Shown piece by piece: positions 37,262-43,321 of a stretch of DNA of 43,321 bases. Source of the stretch: Chiloscyllium plagiosum. Lineage: Eukaryota. Below the pieces are notes generated by a model. The model saw only the letters and a list, made by a program, of their open reading frames with translations, did no database searches and was not told the DNA's origin. The stretch lies in contig NC_057719.1 in assembly GCF_004010195.1 (NCBI RefSeq), forward strand, positions 85,552,982 to 85,596,302, given 5' to 3'. A program made the translations under genes and the position numbers. How positions within the stretch are numbered: position 1 is the first letter of the stretch; each line of letters starts with the position of its first letter.

Positions 37262-38163
37262 TTAACTCAGTGGCTATTCTGATCCTGTCACGAGGGAAAT
37301 GTGGACTCTCCGAGTGTATCACCCATTACCTGGTAGCTATGGCAGTTTCTGATCTACTGGTCATTTGTACTGATGTGATACTGTTTACAGTTATACCATT
37401 TCATTTTCCAGGTTCCTACCTGGAGACCACTCCTGCACGCTCTGTCTTACATGTCCTGCTTTATTTAGCCACAGATATTTCTGTCTGGTTAACTGTCTCC
37501 TTCACCTTTGACAGACTTATTGTAATATGTTGTCAGAAGATGAGAACAAGATATTGCACAGAGAGAACTGCAGGTGTGGTTATAAAAACAGTAAGTGTAC
37601 TGTTTTGTTTGAAAAATATCCCTTGGTACTTTGTATATGAACCTGAATATGTCATCGACAATATACCCTGGGGAGGTGTCCCATCACAGAGATTTTACAC
37701 TGAAACTTTGTGGGTTGCATTTCATAGTGTCAGCATTATTTTAACTCCTTTCCTCCCATTCATCCTGATTTTACTGCTCAATGCTCTGACTGTCAGACAC
37801 ATTTTAGTGACCAGCAGAATCCGCAGGAACCTCCTAGATCACAGCAAGAGAGAGAATCACACTGACCCCGAGATGGAGAGCCGCAGGAAATCCATCATTT
37901 TACTCTTCACCATCTCAGGCAGTTTTATACTGTTATGGATGACCAATGTTGTATTTTTCCTTTATGGACACATTTCAAACACTTATGATTTTTCAGGTCC
38001 CCATGATCCTGCGTATATCACTGAACAATCAGGCTACATGCTGCAGCTTTTGAGTACCTGCACCAACACCTGTATCTATGCAGTGACCCAGACTAAATTC
38101 AGAGAGCAGCTGAAGAATGCAGTCAAATACCCATTCACTACAGTTGGTAAGTTACTGAAATGA
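37262..38163 (+). CDS. GPR139/GPR142-like class A orphan GPCR, coding exon 2 (spliced product 324 aa, join 34646-34718, 37262-38163)
   Basis: Polypyrimidine tract then TTTTCAG acceptor (AG 37260-37261); open frame with 7TM pattern: YLVAMAVSDLL, SVWLTVSFTFDR, PFILILLLN, DPEMESRRKS, NTCIY; AATAAA at 38177-38182. Confidence 0.93.
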
Positions 38164-38959
38164 TTGAAGTAAGTCAAATAAAATCCGAGCCATTTTTCTA
38201 TCTCTCACTTTGGTTGCAGTGTTTCTCCAAATATTTACACATGTTTCTGCAGCACTTTCTGCGTTCAATTTCCAATTTCATTTCAATTGGAGATCGTCCC
38301 TCCAGGATGATTGCCCTCAGCTTCGTACTTTCCTTCCCAATGTTGACAAAACTGACCACTCATGGTGGACCGGTGCTCAATCCTACTCTTTTCAAGTCAT
38401 CCATTAGATATGATCATGCTCAGTCTGCTCTTCACTGGAAGAAGCAGCAGCTTGAGATATTCGATGGGAGCTGACAAGGTGCTTTTGAGAGTCTTCATTC
38501 ATTGCAAATTGGAGGCAGGCCACATGGACACAGTTACCATCAGTCATCTGCACAATGAGACATGGGAATGATAGATTCTTTCAGCACAAGCTTCCAAATG
38601 ACACAATCTGCACCTTCATTAACTAAAGACATGACACTTTCCCGCCCAGACTATCATCCCTGGATGGTCATCGACTCTCCTTAAAGAAACAAAGCAGCAT
38701 ACCCACCCTGTATACAACCCAGGAGAAAAGGCTTAAACTTGGTGTTCTGGTGGTGCGAGACTGTGTGGTCATGGATTCACCCTGTCCCTTGTGAATTTGA
38801 AGCTCAGTCCATCACCCATTCACTTGAGTACTGCAACGCAAATACTGTGCAGTCTGAGCAGTGATCCTGTGTCCATACAGACAGCAATCCTGTGGGGTGC
38901 AGTTCTCTTACAAACTAAGCAGCAGAGAATGCTCCAGCATGATCGAAGTAAGTTTCATC

Positions 38960-39310
38960 ATAGAATCTGTGGAAGCAGGCCATTCAGCCCATTGGGTCCA
39001 TACTAACGCCCTGATGTGCATCCCACCCAGACCAGACCCTTCTCCTTTCCTATCCCTGTAACCATGCATTTCCTATGGCCAATCCACCGAGCCTGCACAT
39101 CCCTTGGCACTATCGGCAGTTAACCATTGCCAATCCACCTAACCTGTACATCTTTGCACGAGGGGAGGAAACCGGAGTGTCTGGAGGAAACTCACGCAGA
39201 TAAGGGGAGAATGTACAAACTCCACACACACAGTTGTCTGAGGCAGGAATCGAACTGGTTTCCTGGTGCTGTGAGGCAGCAGTGCTAACCACTGAGCCAC
39301 TATGCCACCC
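38960..39310 (-). mobile_element. HE1-type V-SINE
   Basis: Similar to 29732-30043. Confidence 0.85.
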
Positions 39311-40177
39311 CAGACTACTTGCCTTTCCACAATCAGTTGCTCCCAGACATCCTGCTGGATCTGTGAATATCCCAATAGAATTTTCCATGGCAGTGCTCCG
39401 GATTGTGACAACTCCTTTCAGCTGTAGGAGAGAGTGTGACTCTTCCTCCACTGTTTCTGGCCCCATTAACAATGAACAACTTGACATAGGGAGGGATGTT
39501 CTCTCCTGTTGCACACTCTCTGGATGGTCTGCAATTTACCATATGGACCAAACCTGACCTTGGTTTCTCCACCCTGTTGGGCGACAGGCTGTTTCCAAGA
39601 CACTGGCAACTGCCATTGAGGTGAGGAGACTCAACACCCTAGCATCAAAAAAAGCAGGAGATGAAATGGAGGGTGATTTGCTGTTCCACAAACCACGTGA
39701 AGACACTCTCACATCTTTGGCTCTGTCTGTTGCCTGTGCATGAGTCCACACACACCTTCATTTCCCCAGCCTTTTTGTGACAGAGTTCTGGACACAGAGC
39801 AACCAGTTCACCAATGGTGCAGATTCCCCTGTCTAATGGCAGTGTCATTGAGATTCAACTATGGTTCCACCAGGTCAATATCCCAAACAGTTTGACTTCC
39901 AAGACTCCCGTGGTGAGTATTCAACATTCCCATCAGATGACCCTGATTCCAATCACAACAAGTCACAGACTCACAAGCACTATGTGGTAACTTCTGTCAG
40001 GGTCAGCTGGTGCAATCTCCCCAAGATCCAGCCACCCAGCCCAAAGTATTCATGATGACAGATTTAGATGACCATGCCTATAGCTGGCAATCTCCACTGC
40101 CGTACCAATAAGATATCTGAATATCTGAACAGGATATCTGAACAGTTCAGGCTTCAATGAAATGGTGCTTTTGCTTT

Positions 40178-40272
40178 GTGTGTGTATGTGTGTGTGTGTG
40201 AGAGAGAGAGAGAGACATTGAGAGAGAGAGACCGAGCGAGATAGAGAGAGCGAGAGAGAGAGAGACAGAGAG
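40178..40272. repeat. Compound (TG)n(AG)n microsatellite
   Basis: Seen directly. Confidence 0.9.
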
Positions 40273-41223
40273 CAGCTGGAAAAAGGCTCAAGTGTAAGTT
40301 ATGCCATTTGTATCTGAGACCGAAGTAAGCTTTTTTGGGTACAGCCCTTCTCCAACCCCAACTCCTTGCTAATTTTTAATTTCACCAAATTATGATGGAA
40401 GACGAGGGAGCCAATGGTGCCTAACCTGATGAATGCTCTTGATCATTTCCCATCTTTATTGTTTCTTGAGAGAGAGCTACCAGTTGTGCATCATTGGTAG
40501 CTCCCATGGAGTGACAGTGCATGAAGCTTGTGATGGAGATGCCTGCCGTCCTATCCCCTGGGTGACAGTCCATCAGCTGTAAACATGCAATGCCTCATGT
40601 CCCTATGAGGGTGACATTGTCGTGAATGGGCACTGGCATATACCCTGGCAGAGGGCAGCAGATCATTCACCCTCTAGTGGTTCTGGAGCCAGGCCCTCTT
40701 GTGCCAGCCATGGAGACTCATCTATATCCTGGGCTTCCGACAGTCAGGATGGCGACAGGTTCCAATCCCCAGGAAGTGGACATCCCTTCCATCCCAGATG
40801 GAGGAGAAGCTCCTGTCAAGTGTTACTGAGCTGAAGGCCCACTTTCTCTCTGCTCTGAGATATCTCCGAGGAGACTCAGAGAGACCCAGCACAAGCCGAG
40901 TGAGGGTCTTGGTTTACAGAAGGCCTACCTGGGTGCCCCTTTAATATCATGCCAAAGAATTCAACCACGCCTATAGCTGGAAGTCCCTGTGGTGGGTGAA
41001 AACTTTCACCCTGCCTTTTCCATCAGAGCTGGTGTCCTACTCCCACATTAATGTGCGAGAAGCTGAGAAGTGCTGTAATATAGTGTGTGAGTACACAGCT
41101 CACTCCAGAACAAACTTACATAGACCCTGTCAAACATACTCTGCAAAATATATGATTCAACACCATCGCTCCAACACAGCAAGCCAACTTCCTGTTTCTT
41201 ATATTGTCTCTCTCCTCTTAAAC

Positions 41224-41511
41224 TGAAAATGTGTTGCTTTGAGAGAAGAGAAAGTGAGGACTGTAGATGCTGGATTTCAGAGCTGAAAATGTGTTGCTGG
41301 AAAGGCGCAGCAGGTCAGGCAGCATCCAAGGAGCAGGAGAATCGACGTTTCGGGCATGAGCCCTTCTTCAGGCTCATGCCCGAAACGTCGATTCTCCTGC
41401 TCCTTGGATGCTGCCTGACCTTCTGCGCCTTTCCAGCAACACATTTTCAGCTCTGAAATCCAGCATCTACAGTCCTCACTTTCTCTTCTCTCAAAGCAAC
41501 ATACATTTTCA
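41224..41511. mobile_element. Palindromic (fold-back) copy of the hammerhead-core mini-element
   Basis: Arms 41224-41362 and 41371-41511 with an 8-nt loop CTTCTTCA; one mismatch and one 2-nt indel. Confidence 0.9.
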
Positions 41512-41727
41512 ATGTAAGAGATTCTCATCAGCCTGAGCTGTATTTGGCTCATTTTCTCCTGTTAAAGTTTAATTCCTAAAACTAAAGGGTATTCTAGAAA
41601 CATGAACCTCAAATAGGGGTTTCAAGAAATTTATATTCTTAAGAATAAGGCGTCTCAATTTTCAATTGTTCATGAACAATATTTTTAACTTTTGTGTTTG
41701 AAATACTTTTGGCAACTAAACTAAACT

Positions 41728-42015
41728 GCTGCACTGCTGCCTCACAGCACCAGGGACCTGGGCTCGAATCCATAGTCGGATGGCACTCTGTGTGTAGTTT
41801 GCACATTCTCCCCATGTCTGTGTGGGTTTCCTCTGTGTGCTCCAGTTTCCTCCCAGAATCCAAAGATGTGCAGGTTAGGTGAATTGGCCCATAGTGTTCA
41901 GGGATGTATTCGCTAGGGCTAAGTGTGGAGTAATAGGGTAATGGGTTTGGGTGGAATAGTCTTCAGAGGGTCGGTGTGGACTTGTTGGACAAAGGACCTG
42001 TTTCCACACTGTAGG
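41728..42015 (+). mobile_element. HE1-type V-SINE, slightly 5'-truncated
   Basis: V-domain and tail similar to the other copies. Confidence 0.85.
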
Positions 42016-42427
42016 GAAAACATAGACTCTGCAGGGATCTATAGATGAACCTTGCCTCAAAATTACTGACTTCCAATGTTGCGTTGGAAAGAAATGGCCA
42101 AAAGAAATTTCAATTTTATGGTTTAAACTATTTATGTGACTTGGATGAATAACATTGCTTGAAGAGGGTCAGATTAAACAATATTATCAATGGAATATCA
42201 TCCTTTGAGGCAGACATGTTCCAATTAATTGTAGTTTATTTTATGAGTTGCACAGAATTGTCTCCACTTGTGTGCTCAATGACCTGTGATTGATATGCAC
42301 AATGAGGTATCGGTCATCTCTCCGTACTTTTCCCTCTATGAGTACGAGGCTCCTCTGAATGCTTCATGTCATCAAGCACAGCTATTACCTGGGGCACCAG
42401 TAGGGAAACCTCCCAGTTCACAGAAAA

Positions 42428-42500
42428 ATGGGTGAACCAACAATACTCCGTCAGTTGGAAGATGTTTCCTATCCTCTTCTTGCAGTTGCTGGAGTTCTTA
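42428..42500 (+). CDS. Exon 1 of a second, tandem GPR139-like paralogue (MGEPTILRQLEDVSYPLLAVAGVL); possibly a pseudogene; exon 2 not in window
   Basis: 20 of 24 aa identical to 34646-34718; donor A|GTCAGA; flanks homologous. Confidence 0.65.
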
Positions 42501-42699
42501 GTCAGATATTTAACAATTCTGTGGAAGCAAATGACCCGTAATCTGAACCATCATCTTTGATTGCTTTGTTTTGGAAGTTCTGTTTCAAATCTTATTTTGC
42601 TGATTACAGATTTCAGTCGGAACAAAATGACATGTGTTTGGAATAATTGATTGTTTTATCAATAAAGAGCAAAAAAGAACTATCTACATAGGACAAATA

Positions 42700-43321
42700 T
42701 TTAGACTGGAAATTTCAATAGTAAATGTTTGGAAAGGTGCAGAAGCCACAGGGTAGTAATCATGGGCAATTTCAACTTCACAAATATTGATTGGAAGCTC
42801 TTTAGATCAAGTAGATTGGACGGGGCGGTGTTTGTGCAGTGTGTCCAGAAAGCTTTTCTAACTCAGTATGTAGATTGTCCGACCAGAGGGGAGGCCATAT
42901 TGGATTTGGTACTTGGTAACGAACCAGGACAAGTGACGGGCTTGTTAGTGGGTGAGCTTTTTGGTGATGGTGACCACAATTCTGTGACTTTCACCTTGGT
43001 TATGGAGAGAGATAGGTGCGTGCAACAGGGTAGGTTTTACAATTGGGGGAAGGGTAAATATGATGCTGCAAGACAGGATTTGAGGAGCATAAGTTGGGAG
43101 CATAGGCTATCAGGGAAGGATGTCGTTGAAATGTGGAACTTTTTCAAGGAACAGAGACGACGTGTCTTTGATATGTATGTACCTGTCAGGCAGGAAAGAG
43201 ATAGTCGTGTGAGGGAACCTTGGTTGACGAGGGAGGTTGAATGTCTTGTAAAGAGGAAGAAGAAGGCTTACATAAGGTTGAGGAAACAAGGATCAGACAG
43301 AGCATTGGAGGGATACAGGAT
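42700..43321 (+). mobile_element. CR1 ORF2 APE region running off the window
   Basis: VVIMGNFNFTNIDW, ILDLVLGN and DHNS-like segments; similar to 20320-20880. Confidence 0.85.

Noticed and set aside
41224..41511. DNA-transposon MITE or pre-miRNA
   Set aside because: The arm sequence occurs as non-palindromic monomers with variable-length TSDs elsewhere in the window, which favours a retro-element fold-back

Overview
Repeat-dense vertebrate genomic DNA with three assembly gaps. It is most likely from a shark (inferred from HE1-type V-SINEs, the CR1 families and the GPCR family). It is mostly decayed CR1 LINEs, Penelope-like elements (PLEs), SINEs, a Gypsy remnant and a 32-bp minisatellite, plus several kb of degenerate telomere-like (TTAGGG/CCCTAA) satellite in the first 14 kb. 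The only intact host gene is a two-exon GPR139/GPR142-like class A GPCR: exon 1 34646-34718 and exon 2 37262-38163, 324 aa. The promoter and exon 1 of a tandem paralogue lie at about 42185-42615. Highlights: (1) the GPCR has lost both cysteines of the near-universal TM3-ECL2 disulfide while keeping an open frame; (2) a ~130-bp mobile mini-element carrying a minimal hammerhead-ribozyme core occurs three times, twice with target-site duplications and once as a ~290-bp palindrome; (3) PLEs are repeatedly embedded in telomere-like satellite, and a local inversion mimics a telomere-fusion signature. All comparisons were made by eye; no searches were run.
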